Assembly (NCBI GenBank): GCA_050084985.1
Contig: JBITNC010000002.1
Coordinates: forward strand, 10,168,001 to 10,232,000
Direction of reading: 5' to 3'
Length of the DNA: 64,000 nucleotides
From: Nageia nagi
Lineage: Eukaryota > Plantae > Pinophyta
Part shown: positions 1 to 14,300 of the stretch, piece by piece
Layout of the letters: the number at the start of each line of letters is the position of its first letter
Numbering within the stretch: position 1 is the first letter of the stretch
Position numbers and translations under genes: made by a program
The notes under the pieces: model-generated
What the model was told of the DNA's origin: nothing
Seen by the model: only the letters and a program-made list of their open reading frames with translations
Databases searched by the model: none

Positions 1-3000
1 TCTCATACATAGGTGAAGATAGATTATCCTAGGCAATCCTCCATATGAAATGGGTAAGCATCATCACCTATGAAAAAATCATCATACTTCTATTTTTTAA
101 ATTGTAGGTAATATGACTACTAGTTACCCTCACTTGGTAACTACAGTTTTATCAACTACTACCCTCACTTGATAACCTATCAAGGATATGAGACACTAGC
201 CTACCCATATCTATGCTCATGTCCAAAATTCCCATGCCCATATCTTGGAGAGCCATGGGTATTATAATAATACCTTCAAGTGGTTTGTATAGTCTAATAT
301 ATTTTTACAATAAAATTATGAAGTAAAACCATCCCACACTAATGTCCCTAGGAATAACTAATTCTACACCAATTATTGGGTTTTCTAGGTTTCATGCTTG
401 AATCAAGCCGTAGAATGTTCTTATAATATAATTATATGCAAATAAAAAATATTTCATATTAATAATCATGTTTGTAAAATGAAATCATTAAATTCATCAA
501 ATGTACACAAGAAGTTTCAAACAAGCTTATTTGTGAAGCCACCAAAGCATATTCAATAGCACTTTACTATAAATATCCCATATGCACAATGCAAAATAAA
601 GAATATTACTTTAAAAGTACATCACATGTCAAAGAATAATAACAAGCCTTGAGATGCTTCTAAAAATGGCTACTTCTAACAAGGGAGTGCGACGAAGAGT
701 ATAACATACTTAGGAAATATATTTTAGTTGTCATCTAGCAGACTTAAGAAAATAAGGGATTGACTAAGTTTTCTTTCTATATCAATATCCTAATCATTTT
801 TCAACCCATAGTTCTTAACTCTTACTTTGATTAACTAATTTATTTGTATGCTCATCATATCCTTTGATCAACTTCATATACCAATTTGAGGTCTCCTTTC
901 CCTTTTATTTTCCTTCTAGGGTTTTAGATTATTGAATAGGTTTTCTTGTAAGATCTCCTAAAATCATGAGGTTTTATTTAAGCTTGAGCTAAGTACCAAA
1001 ACATTACTATGTTATTCAAAACACTCTAAATTTATGTTCGAACTAATGCCTTTTTGTCATTTCAACATTTCATGGATTTCTATTCTCTTGGACATAAAAC
1101 CATCATTTCATAGATCATTGAATGTTTATTACCTCTAAATCCTTATATTTGTTATCATTAGGTATGTTCTCTTTCAATGTCAAGCTATCCATGTACCATA
1201 ACATAGTTCCTTAAATTTACTATAGTCATATTGTAATTAGCTTAGGAATCGTTTGTAATATTTACTATGTCTTTCCAAATAAACTCATATGAGCCCATTA
1301 GAGTTCTTATATCATTGTTTATTTATCTTTTCAAGACATTATTTAGTCTCATAAATTATTTAAATCCATTTTAAAAGAAACACAAACATTGGATTCAGTC
1401 AAAATATATGAATCTTGGATTATCATAAATTTCTTACAAGTGTATCATGGACACGATGGCTATCTACTTTGATTCATACTTGGTACATCATTGCATTTGC
1501 TTCCATTGACTAAATGAATTTATTCCATGTCTTAATGTGTATCATAAAGATAGCAATATATATTAACTTGGGTAATCCTAATTGGTAACTTGATCATAAT
1601 GTACATCATAGTGTATGAGGTATTTAATTACATGTGTTTTTCCCATACAATCAACATGAGGAGTTTGCATCATAGGTTTGTAGAAATATATCATAGAATA
1701 TATTCAATTCATCCTTTTCCACTTGGTGTATCTTCTTGACATCTTTATATTTCATGTTCCTCCCAAGGATCAAAATTTTGTTGGATGAAAGTACTAGGAA
1801 GGGTTTTAGAGTTATTAAGGATCAGGACAACTCTTTTCATGACCAAAATGCATTCTACCCTAGATGAATCATAATTCATTCTTCCACATACAAGTAGTCA
1901 ATAAAAAATAATCGATATCAAATTCTTTGATCTTAGGAGATTTTATGTTCTTACTAGAACTACCTCCCTTCCTCAATCATAGGGTATAGTTTAACAACTT
2001 AAGCATGTCATCAAAATAGTATTATTAATCGATTGAACATTTCAACATGGTTTTCATTCAAAATAGTACGAATAATCATTTAAACATTTCATGGTTCACC
2101 CGTAATACTATCACGTAGAATTCAATTAATTCTAATAAGCTCCATTTATAAACACATAGACCATGTTCTTTTATTTTTAATCCCAAAAGCATTTATTTCT
2201 TTTAAAACAATCATGAATCAATCATTTAAACTCATTAGAGGTAATACAACAAAGTTTATTATAAATTCTCTATTTAAATAAACTCTTAATCCCATAAAAT
2301 TATTACAATTATACGTATTGTAATACTTCATTTAAATATTTCTAACCTAACTACAATAGATTAGGGAAATATTTAAGATATTTTTCATGCTCTAGGGGGT
2401 GCATACATTTCTTTATTTATTGTTATCTACTCTTAAAGCTTTAATGATAAAGCTATAGTACTATGGTGTGATGTGTTTGATAGGAGCTCATACTAGATCC
2501 TACCCTCTTGCCTTAAGACAGCTCGCTAGATTTGAAGATTGCATTGGTGCTATCTCAATCAACATAGGGGAAGTTTAGTATCAAGAAAATACATTGATAG
2601 GAAAATATATATGCATTAATGGAGATATCCCTTCCAAACTCATATGGATATAACTCATGCTCAATGTGGTATGGTTATCTGTTTCACATCTACTTTACCT
2701 TCCTAATCTCATCTGAGGGGTTCTATTTCATAATCAAGTGAGAAGTATTTTAGATTCCACTCTTTGGGAAAGAAAATGAGCATCATATGCCAGAATGGAC
2801 TAATGTATGGTTCATGTGTAAGGAGCAACAAGGTTGATTATCTTATCCATATAAATGAAAATAGGGCCTCGCAAATTTTGGGTCTATCATGTAATGAGAA
2901 AAAATCCAATGAATGTGCAATGTTAGCTAACGTTGTATGAGTAGCTAGGATTCTCAAAAGTGACCTCATGTCAGATTGTTAGTTGGGATTCAAGTTCATT

Positions 3001-3479
3001 ATCTCACTTCTAAAATATAATAGGAAGGACTACTTTAATACTATGATTCTCCTATTACAATGAAAGAGAAGAAACAGTGATAGTTACCATGGAAATTAGG
3101 CTTCAAAGCTTTCAATCATTTGGTTCATTATGTCCATTCAGAGGAATTCAAGTTGCATTTCTTAAGGTAACTTGCACAATTTCTTCAAGGATTCTGCCTT
3201 TCTATCATGTGGAGTGCAAAATAAAAATTGTTGTGTTAATAACTAAAGTAAGAGATGAGTAGAGTGTCCTAAAAAATGCTAATAGAAAGACAAAGCTCTC
3301 TTTTCAATAAAATCCCATGACCCAGAACCATTTTCCAATATTTTTCATGCAAATTAGCAAATCTCCCATTCGTTCTCAAACTAGTGGCCTTCAAGAAAGA
3401 TCAATCAAAATTTATGACCTACTAAATAAAATTTCATTTATTTAAAATGACATATCAAAAGATAGACACCCATGACTTA

Positions 3480-4407
3480 TTACTTCAAGCTAAGTAATAT
3501 ATATTATTCATTCTTTTATCTAGATACTTCCAATTACATAAGGATGAAATGTACAATATAATCATATGCAAATGTATCAAATGAAATACTATGTCCCTCA
3601 CATGGTACAATAATAATAGAATACCTTTTTTAATTATTATCACAAACTCTTGAATAAGCACTCCATCCTTCAAATAAACTTTACAATTTTCACATAAAAC
3701 TCAAAGTTTAGACTAAACATTTTAGCACTAGTGGCTAAAATATTAGAAGAGAAACTAGACTTGTGAATGGAAAAATAAGGAGAGAGAAACTCCTTCCTTC
3801 ACGGATCTCAAGGTTAAGATTTGGAGAGAGGGGATGAGTGTATGATGTGTATTTTTTTAAAGGTTCTCCTAGGTATTTATAGCAAAAGGTTGGGATAACA
3901 CTTCCAAAACTTTAACTATTTTCCCACCTTAGAGGGACATGGAGGCTTTTTATTTTATGGTAGGATTTGACTAATTTTGTTTGTAAGTCATAAGTCCTAC
4001 AAATTATTTTGCACATCTCAAGCTAGATACCAAAATGTATGGAGTCATTTTTCATACCTAATGCAAAACACCAAATTGTATGGAGATAGTCCTTCCATTA
4101 TTTTGTACACCTATTGCAAAATATAAAAATAGTCCTTCATTTATTTTGCATACATAATGAAAAATACCAAAATAGTCCCTCATCCTTGATAAATTTATTT
4201 TCACCTAACCATAGGATTTATTGCATGTAAAAATAAAATTCTTTAGTGAAAACTTAAATTTAAATTTCTATAATATTCCTTTGTAATATTCAAAAATAGT
4301 TAACTGATTTTCCAAAGCAATTTAGGAATGCATAATAAATATTTTAGCACATAATTTTACCTATGGAGACCATCCATCCTGGAAGGTAAATTTTATTAGT
4401 GCATACA
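3480..4407 (-). mobile_element. Degenerate LTR-like fragment
   Basis: The minus strand begins TGTATGCAC at 4407. A TATA-like GCTATAAATAC lies at about 3873-3883, followed by a pyrimidine-rich R-like tract. No partner LTR was found and the left edge is approximate. Confidence 0.35.
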
Positions 4408-4717
4408 CGAACATCATACACATCATAGAGGTCAAGTATCATACATAATAATTATGAGATGCAACTACATAATTTACGAAGGTCCCTATGGGCTATTAGT
4501 GAATCAATGCCAATCATTTCCTCACTCTTACCAATCTATTACTGCAACCAACTAATATTTGGTTTCCTAGGATCTCCAACTTGATTCCCATATTGATTCA
4601 ACATGTAACCTATGTCAGAACAATCTCAAATCGATACAAATATTGCATATAACCATTCATTATTAGTCAACTCATAACACAAATAGTTTCAATCACATTC
4701 AAATATTTAAAGGTATT

Positions 4718-5714
4718 TGTAAACATCTAAAAATTGAATTATGTGTTATTTATAGTGTTATGTTGTATCTTATGGTCACCCATCATCCTTTTTGGTTGTT
4801 TTTCATTTATCCAGCCTATTTTTAGTAACTTAAGCTTTGTTACCACTTTGTCACCCATGAAACTAGCCTGCCAACTAGTTAGAGGGATCATTTAGCCGAT
4901 CCATCGATTAGTGAAGTTAGTTAGTACATCCATCAGTTAGTGAAGTTAGTCATCCAATCGATCAGTTAACCCTATGTAAAAGTAAAGTTTAAAAATATTA
5001 AAATAGTCTCGCTTCCTATATGCATCCAAAATAAAAAGTCGCACATTGAATGCACATGGCATACCAATCAACCGCTCAATTTGCCACCTTTGACTTGGGA
5101 GGGGTCTACCACATGCACTCAACATCCATATCCAACCAAGTCTCCCTACCTTGGTAAGTATGAACTCTTTCCAACTCTGAACTCTCTAGCCAACATGAAG
5201 CACTCCTCTAGCCATGCAAATTGAAACCAAAGCAAGCCACCAGACAAACATGGATATGTCTTGATCCTCTTGTAAGTTTGGAGCAATCAGGAAGGAGCAC
5301 ATCAAGGAGCCATTGGAGCATTGTATCCTTTTATAAATAGTATTTTTATGCATTTGTGTGTGCATGTAGTGTATTTATAAGCTAGATTCATGCTAGTTCA
5401 ATTTTCTTTTACTACTTGATCATTATTTTAGAATAGCATAGCCATATCACATTGCATTCTAGGCATATCCTTATTTTCTATCACCCATTTTATTATGGGA
5501 TGAGGGATCTATAATCAATCAAGGAGGTTTAACACCTCTCTTGAGCACATTCTAGGGTCTTAAGGGACTAGAATGTTGAGATCCCTACCAATTCTTATTT
5601 TCTTATAGGTTTAAACATACATCCATTCATCCAGCACATCAAATATCAAGCAACATTTTAAACATTACATAGTGGTATCCAAGAGACCTCATTATGCGGT
5701 TTTGTATGATCACA
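4718..5714 (+). repeat. 5' LTR of element A
   Basis: TGTAAACATC...GATCACA; colinear with 22056-23041 over its whole length. Confidence 0.9.
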
Positions 5715-5717
5715 AAA

Positions 5718-5734
5718 TGGCGATCCCGATGGGA
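5718..5734 (+). other. Primer-binding site, probably tRNA-Arg type
   Basis: TGGCGATCCCGATGGGA starts 3 nt after the LTR-terminal CA and resembles the Arg-type PBS of Ogre elements. The tRNA identity is from memory. Confidence 0.65.
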
Positions 5735-5849
5735 TGAATCTCAAGAATGTTCCTCACTCTTCCTACATTAAATCATGCAAATATGGTGATCCAAAAATAC
5801 ACAAAACACTCTTCAACTCATTAAATATCGATTCATAAAGCCTAGCCAA

Positions 5850-6200
5850 CCTTCAGTAGATCGATTACCTCTTGATCAAATGAATTTGGTAGAGCCTAGT
5901 TGGCCCTTAGTAGATTAATTATCTTTGAATCAAAATAATCTCATCCAACCCTTAGTAAATCGATTATCCTTTAGTCGACCATTAACATATGATTACATCC
6001 TGATCGAATGAATTTGATAGAGCCTAGTTGACCCTCAATAGATCAGTTACCTCTAGATTGAAATAATCTAAATCAACCCTTAGTAGATCAGTTACCTTTG
6101 GATTGAAATAATCTCAATCAATCCTTAATAAATTGGTTACCTTCTGATCAAACAAATCTGATCAACCTTTAGTAGACTAGTTATCTTTTAGCCAACCATC
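5850..6200 (+). repeat. Degenerate ~45-bp tandem array in the element A leader
   Basis: About 7 copies of CTTAGTAGATCRRTTACCT...GAAATAATCT.ATCAACC. Confidence 0.75.
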
Positions 6201-8239
6201 ACCTGATCGATTACATCTAGTCAACTCTCTTTCGATTGCTTCCCATTTCATAACTGATTTGCATCAGATTGGATAGCATATTTCAAATTTTTAATCTTGT
6301 TTTTGTTATTTTTAGCAAGTGTCATAGTTTTTCATATCCATAACTAGGTGACAGCTATCCTTTATCAACATTTGAATTTCTAGGTTGTACATCTAAATCT
6401 TATTTTTGCATTTTTAAGATCCATTTTAAAATTTTATCTGGTTACCCCTATAACTAGTTGGCTAGTTATTTGATCAATCTAGTGATTGGTACTACTAGCT
6501 GGTCTGTACCATACCAGCTAGGATTAGAGTTTATAAAATAGGTATTTGACTTCATGAGAGCTTGGAGTAGGAGTTTCTCAAGCTAGTATCTCTCTTTTTT
6601 CATGCCTTAGACTAGGTTTTGCATGTTGAGTGCATCCTAGGATTGTTATTTTGCTTATTTTTGCTTTGTAAAAAGAGAAAAATCTATAAAATCTATAAAA
6701 AAAAAAATTATTTTCTTGCATTAATGAAAGTATTATCATCCTTGGGTGGGAGTGCTTTTATTTTTGAAATCATCCCTTTTATTTGGAAAAGAAAATATTG
6801 AAGGGATTAATTACATTACATCATCATATAGGATTACATCATCATATTTGCTTTATTGCACTTGCATTAAAGTCCATCACACACCTAGGAAGTGCCTAGG
6901 GTAGGTGGACTTCATCACCATGGCCTAACCCATACTTGGATTTCATTACCAAGGTGGGAGCTCCCCTCTATTTAGTGACCATTCAAAAGAGGTACTTGAG
7001 ACACCCTTGCAAAATGATTCACCACTTAGAGATCAAGCCTTTACCCAAAAATGCTTGACTAGAATAATATCTAGGAAAACTAACAAGAGTCAAAATTTTG
7101 TAATTGCATTAAAATTTACTTCATTAAAAATATAAGATCCAATTGAAAAAGAAGCAACTAAATGAGATAACCATAATTGCTATCTATCACCATTATTTCT
7201 TATCATTTATACATCTTTTAAGTGATCATGTAATATGTTTGTGCATTAGTCTTGCATTCCATCTTTAAAATCAAAAATCAAAATCAAAAATACAAAAAAT
7301 AAAAAAATCAAAATCAAATCAAATCATTTTAGGCTTGGTATTTGTTTGCTTATCATTTTTTGGAACCTTTGGAACATCTTCGATTTAAAAATCATGTCAT
7401 TTGTTCCTTTTGTACCTTGCATGATCTTAATGAACACCTCTAATTCAAATCAATCTAAATAAGGATAAGATCAAATACTAAGTCTAAATAATGAGTCACC
7501 TTGTCAAACTCATCATTCCAATCCTTTCAATCATCCTTTATCTCATGAGTCTTTTTCTTCTCATGTTTCTAGTCCTTCTTATCATTCTTCCTCTAGTCAA
7601 GCCACTACACCTTTTGATTCTCAATTGGCTAGTGTAATGAAGTCGAGTCATGTATTTTAATGTCTTCCTTTATCTATCAAGGATTAATTCCTTGATGACC
7701 CTATTATTCAAGAAGCTTTGTCTAAGCTCTTTGAATAATTCATGGTCTAGAGTAAGGATACTCAAACCATCCTTTCTTCATCTTCATCTCCTCGATAAAT
7801 CCTTCATTGTCATGAGTCTTTATGTCATAGCTATCTTCCTTCTTGTAGCACTTCATTGTCTGTTACATCAATTCAAGGTAATTCAAGTTATCAAATTCAA
7901 CCAACTAGGTCCCCTAGTCCGTAAACATCTCATATCATGCAATTTGAGTTTTTAATCACCTCTCATGAATTAGGTCTTGATTATTGTCTCCCTTCCTTAA
8001 GGGATACACAATCAAGTCTGATTCAAGTTTGAGGAAACTCTCAATAAGTGGCCTCCCAACCTTGTCAAAGTAGGATTCCTTATCCTTCTTTCATCATGCA
8101 TCAACCATCAAGTCAAAATCAAAGATAAACTAATTAAATGGCTCAACAATAAAGGCATTTTCTTCCCAATGCAACATTGAATCAATCATTGGGACATAAC
8201 ATACAACAAACTTAGTAAAATCAAGAGCAACAATCGACT

Positions 8240-8700
8240 TTATATGATGATATCATAAAGAGATTGGAAGAAATAAAACAAAAACTCAATGATCAAGGCA
8301 ATTCAAAGACATCATATTGATAAATTTGTTATGAACCAATTCATCCATCAATCTCTATCAAAGTCTATCGTTACAATATCAAAATGCCAAAGATAGATAA
8401 ATTTATAGGGAAAGAGGATCTTTCAGAACATCTCATGCAGTTCAAATATTCTTGTTACAACTTTACCCATGATGATGTTCTCATGTTAAGAGTTTTCCCT
8501 TTGATGTTGGAAGATCAAAAATTTGAATTGGTGTAAGGTAAATATTTTGACATTACCTTCGATCAAGCAAAGTCAAGAACCATCATAAAGACCTTGGTAT
8601 AAGGTAAATATGTTTTGTGACTATCATAGGTAATGTGGACATGAAACCAATCAATGCATGCGATTGAAAAACAAGATTCAAAATCTTATCAATAATAGGC
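8240..8700 (+). pseudogene. gag remnant of element A
   Basis: DNA aligns by eye with 23780-24060 (tgatcaaggcaa...ccaattcatccatc...ttcaaatattcttgtta). It encodes a DKFIGKEDLSEHL-type gag motif, is disrupted, and is internally deleted. Confidence 0.7.
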
Positions 8701-10054
8701 TAATATCAACATAAATGCCAATCACATCATCCAATCAATAGTCAGATACAATCAACAAATCACTTTTCTAAATCATCATCAAAACATCAAGCATTGTAAG
8801 CAAGTTTACCATCACCTTTTTTGGATGAGCCATTAGACATATGTTTATCCTTGACAATCATTGTCATTTGTCTTTGGTCAAGTTAAGCATGCTTATCATT
8901 GATCATTATCATTTTCATTTGTGCAAGCATTGTATGCATGCATATGCTTGGTAGGTCTGTGAACCTACAATCATTCCCTTCATCTACTGGGGCAAAGTAG
9001 AAGTCTTCTATCATTTTATCATTTTCATTTGTACAAACATCATATGCTTATGTGCTACAAATACACTTGGTATGTTCGTAAGACTACGATCACATCATCC
9101 CTTACCATGGTCCTCTTATGTGTCATGAATCTTTAACATGTCATCATCTTGTCATATTTTTCTTCTTCTCATCCTCTTGTATTATCTTTTCTTTCTCTGT
9201 ATTATGCATCAAAACTTGTTTTGTTTTCTTTTATTTCCTTCCATCCTATGTCAATCCTTGTATCATCAAGTCATTGTTATCCTTTATCATCATCCTGCAC
9301 TTATCATTTTGTTGCTCCACTCTTATTCCTTCTTTGAGTCAGGGTTGTTTTCATTATCTTCGATCTGTAACAAAGCAAGAACAATCCTAAACATGTGTGG
9401 AAGTCAACCTCACTCTTCTACTCTTGGGTCATATAGCTCTACCAATCTACCCTTAGATTAATTTTGCTCTCATACTAAGTCAATTCAAGTCTAAGCAAAT
9501 TTTGTTTATAGTCTAAATTGAATCCTTCCTCAATCTAAACCAATCTAAACTTGATAAAAAAGCAAATCAAAATAAAATAGATCTATTAAGTTGATTCATT
9601 TGCTTTTTATTTGTATGTATTATGTTTTGTTCTTTTTATTTATCATGTTTGTGATATCGATTTATTTTATCTCCTATTTAATGTTTATTTTGTCAAAAGC
9701 TTGAAGCATCCCCAATGATGACCTCACATTATCTCAAAGAGAGAATGCATAGCCTATGATCAGGAATGCTTCAAACTATACCTTTATGAGTCAAGTCACC
9801 CATATAAGAGTTACACATCTTTGCACAACACAAGCCATGTGGGACTTTTTCATTTTAAAACCTGTCAAAGTTGTTCAAATGATTTGGTCAATTTTGGTCA
9901 TTTGAATGATTTATCAATTATTTGAATGATTTACTTGGTCTATGTCACACCTTTTAAACCTTTGATCATGATATTTATCTCCAATTTTGTTCAAGCAAAT
10001 GATTATCCATCTTGTTTTATCATTTGTCATACCTGACTTGCTTAGGCATTTTTT

Positions 10055-10400
10055 CTCTTATGTGACATGTGTCCTTGTCACACTATCAACCTATCATGTC
10101 CTCTTTAGCCTTTTTCTTCATGTGATGTGTGCCCTCATCACACTATCATCCTATCATGTTCATCTCTATATTGTCCTCTTGTGTGATGTGTGTCCTCATT
10201 ACACCATCCTACCATTGATTCACCCCTTTGCGTTGTCCCTTTATGTGACATATGTCCTCATCACATATGCATTGTTCCTTTGTGTGACTTGTGTTCTTAT
10301 CATATCTATTTTTTCCCCTGTGTGACTTGTGTTCTCGTCACACCTTTAGCCTATCCTATCCTTCCTTCATGTGACATGCATCCTCATCACATTGTCATCT
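10055..10400 (+). repeat. Tandem array of TGTGACATGTGTCCTCATCAC-like units
   Basis: About 7 degenerate copies with variable 35-60 bp spacing. Confidence 0.8.
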
Positions 10401-10419
10401 ATCATGCCTTCCTATTTTG

Positions 10420-11330
10420 TATCATTTATCATTTTTGTACAAGCATCATATGCTTGCATGTTACAGATACATTCAATCATTTACCCTTTAGCTATTGGGG
10501 AAAAGTAGAAATCATTATCTTTCATTTTTTTATATTTTTTTTATCTTTGTATGAGCATTGGCTATACGCTTGGTAAGTCTGCATACCTAAGGTCATGTTC
10601 CCTTCATCTATAAGGGTAAAGCAAAAGTCATTATCTTTTATTATATATCATTTGTCTCTTTGTATGAGTGTTGGCTATACGCTCAGTAGGTCTATGTACC
10701 TATAGTCATCTTTTCCTTCGTCTATTGGGGCAAAGGAGAACTCATTTTTATTTATATTTATCATTTTTGTCATTTTTTTATCTTTTTTCATATTTGTCTT
10801 CTTTTCGTGTTTTTCATTTGTCCTTTTTTGTGAGTGTTGTTCATACTCTTTGTAGGTACGCATACGTATGATCATTGTTCCCTTCATATGTTGGGCCAAA
10901 GTAGAAGTCATTATTTTTTATCATTTATCATTTATCATCTTTGTACAAGCATCAGCTATACACTCAGTAGGTCTATGTACCTATGGTCATCTTTCCCTTC
11001 ATCTTCTGAGGTAAAGCACAAGTCATTTTTATTTATCATTTATCATTTTTGTCAATTTTTTTATCTTTCTTCATGTTTATCTTCTAGTCATGTTTTTCAT
11101 TTGCCTTTTTATGTGAGCATTGGTCATACACTCCATAGGTATACGTACCTATGATCATTGTTCCCTTCATTTGCTAGGGCAAAGCAAAAGTCTTTGTCTT
11201 TTATCATTTATCATTTTTCATCTTTGTAAGAGTGATAGCTATATGCTCGGTAGGTTTGCATGCCTAAGGTCATGTTCCCTTCATCTCTTGGGGCAAAGCA
11301 GAGGTCATTATCTTTTATCATTTTTTATTT
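10420..11330 (+). repeat. Hairpin-containing tandem array with alternating ~115/~167 bp spacing
   Basis: TAGGT...ACCTA stems at about 10572, 10686, 10852, 10967, 11135 and 11250. Each is followed by TTCCCTTCAT and GGGGCAAAG-like motifs. Confidence 0.85.
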
Positions 11331-14300
11331 TTATCTTTTAATATTCAACATTTTTATCATTCATCTTTCTTATCATTTATCATGTCTCATTTTTATCATT
11401 AATCATTTATCATTTTATCATTTATCATTGTTGTCATTCATTATTTTTATCATTTGTTATATTAATCTTTTATCACCTTGTCTTCATCATGTCTTTAAAT
11501 ACATCATGTTGTGTGTTGTTTCATTTTATTTTAAAATAATAAAATAAAAACAAAACCATGTATTTAACAAAAGCATCTTTTTATTTATCATCTTTCTGTT
11601 ACATCGTGTGATGGTGAATTTTTACATTCATCCATGTTTGTTGTTTTGATCGTCACTTGTTTTATCCTAACAAGCATCCAATCCAATCTATGCTTGGTCC
11701 TATTCCCTCTTCATTTTGTGTTGTGCTTTCTCCATCTGGAGTCTATTTTAACTATGGGTTCTCCTATGTAAAATCCATAATCATTTTGTTCACTTCCAAG
11801 GAATCCAATGTTGACCTTGGAACATGGATCCCATGGTGTAAGAGGATATTCTCATATACGTTGGCTCTCCTCTTCCATCACGATTTATTTTGATGTAGAT
11901 TGCTATGAGCATTGTAGAAGTTGCATTTTAGCTTTCATTTTCTCTTGAGCTTGTCTGGCTTTCACTTCCTTCTCTATAGTCATTTTGACTTGCTTAAGCA
12001 TGAGCTCTATCCAATACTGTATGCACATGATGTTCTCTCTCCGTAGCATGTCACATTTCTATGTTAGTATCTCTACTTCTCTCTTAGCTTCGACTAGTTC
12101 TTGGTGCAAGTAGGTATTCTCTACTTCCACCCATCCTTGTGTCTCTCCGCCCATAGTGATAGGAATACCTCCTATGTGTTTGGCCTCTTCTTTATTACCT
12201 GCAAACCCTCTAGCATCATTTATTCCTCTCTAGATTTGGTTCCACCAATACTCTGTTGGATCCATGATCAGTTAGTGATTATATCTTTTGCATTCTTCAC
12301 ATGTTTTGTGTCCCATTTAATAGTTGTGATAATTTTGAAGGGTCATATAGTACATTTGTTCATCATTCCATCTTAACCATCCATCTTGTCTCCACATGTC
12401 TATCCACCATTTCATCTCAATAATTCACACACACCACTATGCATATATCCATCATTGTGTCCTATCCATTTATCCACATTTTACACATCACCATTAATGT
12501 CATCATCATTACATTCATATCCAATCACTACATGCATACCACATCATAGTTTTCTCCATCATTTCCTTTGACTGTTCAAATCACATTCATTTCATTTTTC
12601 GTATCATTCTTCTATTGATTGCATTTTTTTCTCCTTGATCGTTTAATCAAATAGTCAAGTGTCGAGTCCCATATATATTTTGTGTCACTATCTTTTGATC
12701 CACTTCATTCATTTTCATTGACAATCTAGATTGCTTCGTATTCTTATATGTTCTTATATTGCATTGTATTTGTCATTCATCTTCAATTTATTTTGGGAAA
12801 CTTTGATAGTTTTCTAATAGCTCCTATTCTTCCCCTTCGTCCATGTCATCCTTTTCATCCTGTTAGGTAATTTTGATTTAGTCCTAACATTATTTGTTAT
12901 CTAACTTGGTCATAATCATGGATTGAACCCTCTTCCTTGGTCTTCATCATGATCTTCCTCAGGATGCCCTTCACTGTTAAATCCATGGACAAGTCATTCA
13001 ATGTGTTTACCTCACGTTGCAGATCATCCTCTACCTTGGCATCATGCATATTTAAATGGATACTATTCATCATCAATATGTCATCCTCTTCATTCATCAA
13101 TTGGATGATATCAATCATCCATGCATCATCTTGGTCCATCTCTGTCACCCATACTGGATGTGGAATATCATCTTTCACTGCCCATGGAACATGCTCATGT
13201 TTCACTTCATGCACTTCAATGGTCTGTTGATGTTTGATCCTAAGGAGTACTATCACCCTTTCATCATCATGCACATTGTTTAGCACTATGATCTGCACTA
13301 GGAGCCTACCTTTCATATTCAATTAGTTCATGAGAATGATCAATGGGTATTTTACCCATATTTTGGCATCATGTGCTACTTCCCATCAATCACTTGTACA
13401 ACCCTATTCAATCAATTGAGCTTATCTATCAACCCTTAGAGTTTTCCTACCTCTAATCCTAAGAGCTCTAGTTCTAACTCTCCTAACCCCATCAATGGTT
13501 CAGTATGCTCTCTATCTTTATCTTTTTTCTAGCTATCCACTCGGGCTTGTTAGTGGAATTATCATCTTTCTCATTGTAGGCATTTTTGCCTAATTGTATT
13601 TATTTTTCATCTTTTGGCTATCCACCTAAGCATGTCAGTGGACATTGATCAATGTTAATAAATGTTCTTTGTTTCATTCTTGTATTATTGTGATTGGATG
13701 TTATCATTATCTATGATCATTTTGTTCAATAAAAATTTATTTGTATTTTATCATGTTGTTTATTTTATTTTTCATGTCTATTTTGTTATCTCTATCATGC
13801 CATGGTTCTTGATCTATTTTGTTTGATCATTTATCCCCATCTTTCCATATCATATTCTTTGTATCTATTATTGTATCTTTCTCTCATCTCTTGTGATTAA
13901 TGTGATACTCTTTCTTTGTCAATCGTAACCTTGTCAAGTTATCATCTAATTCAATCATATTCATGTGGTCAATAGCATTTCAATCTTGGTCAGTTTCCTA
14001 CATACAGATGTAATCTTTCATCTATCTATCATTCAAATGTCCTTAACTAATTTGTTGGTTAGTGGATTAGTCGATCGTTTAAATTCAAATTTAACCAATA
14101 TCTCATCTAGTCATCCTATCGAGTCCTAAATCGTGTCTAATCATGTAGTCAAATCTTAAACCTTTTCTCGTCAATCAATCCTAACCATATTTTATCTTTG
14201 TCTCATCATGATCTTATCCTCTATTATTTGGTCATTTCTATCTAACCATCATTATAGGCTCTGTTATGTTATTATTTTTGTCTCACATGTGATCATAGTC

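Noticed and set aside
1-3480. Possible decayed TE coding or LTR remnants, including a TGTATGCAC terminus on the minus strand at 2407
   Set aside because: No translatable domain motif or partner repeat could be established.
5673-5685. TGGTATCCAAGAG as a tRNA-Met PBS
   Set aside because: The same motif occurs inside the 3' LTR. Homology and the TSD place the LTR end about 30 bp further on, before the Arg-type PBS.
10420-11330. CRISPR-like or hammerhead-ribozyme array
   Set aside because: Plant TE context, degenerate units, repetitive spacers and no cas genes. No CTGATGA...GAAA hammerhead core was seen in the units.
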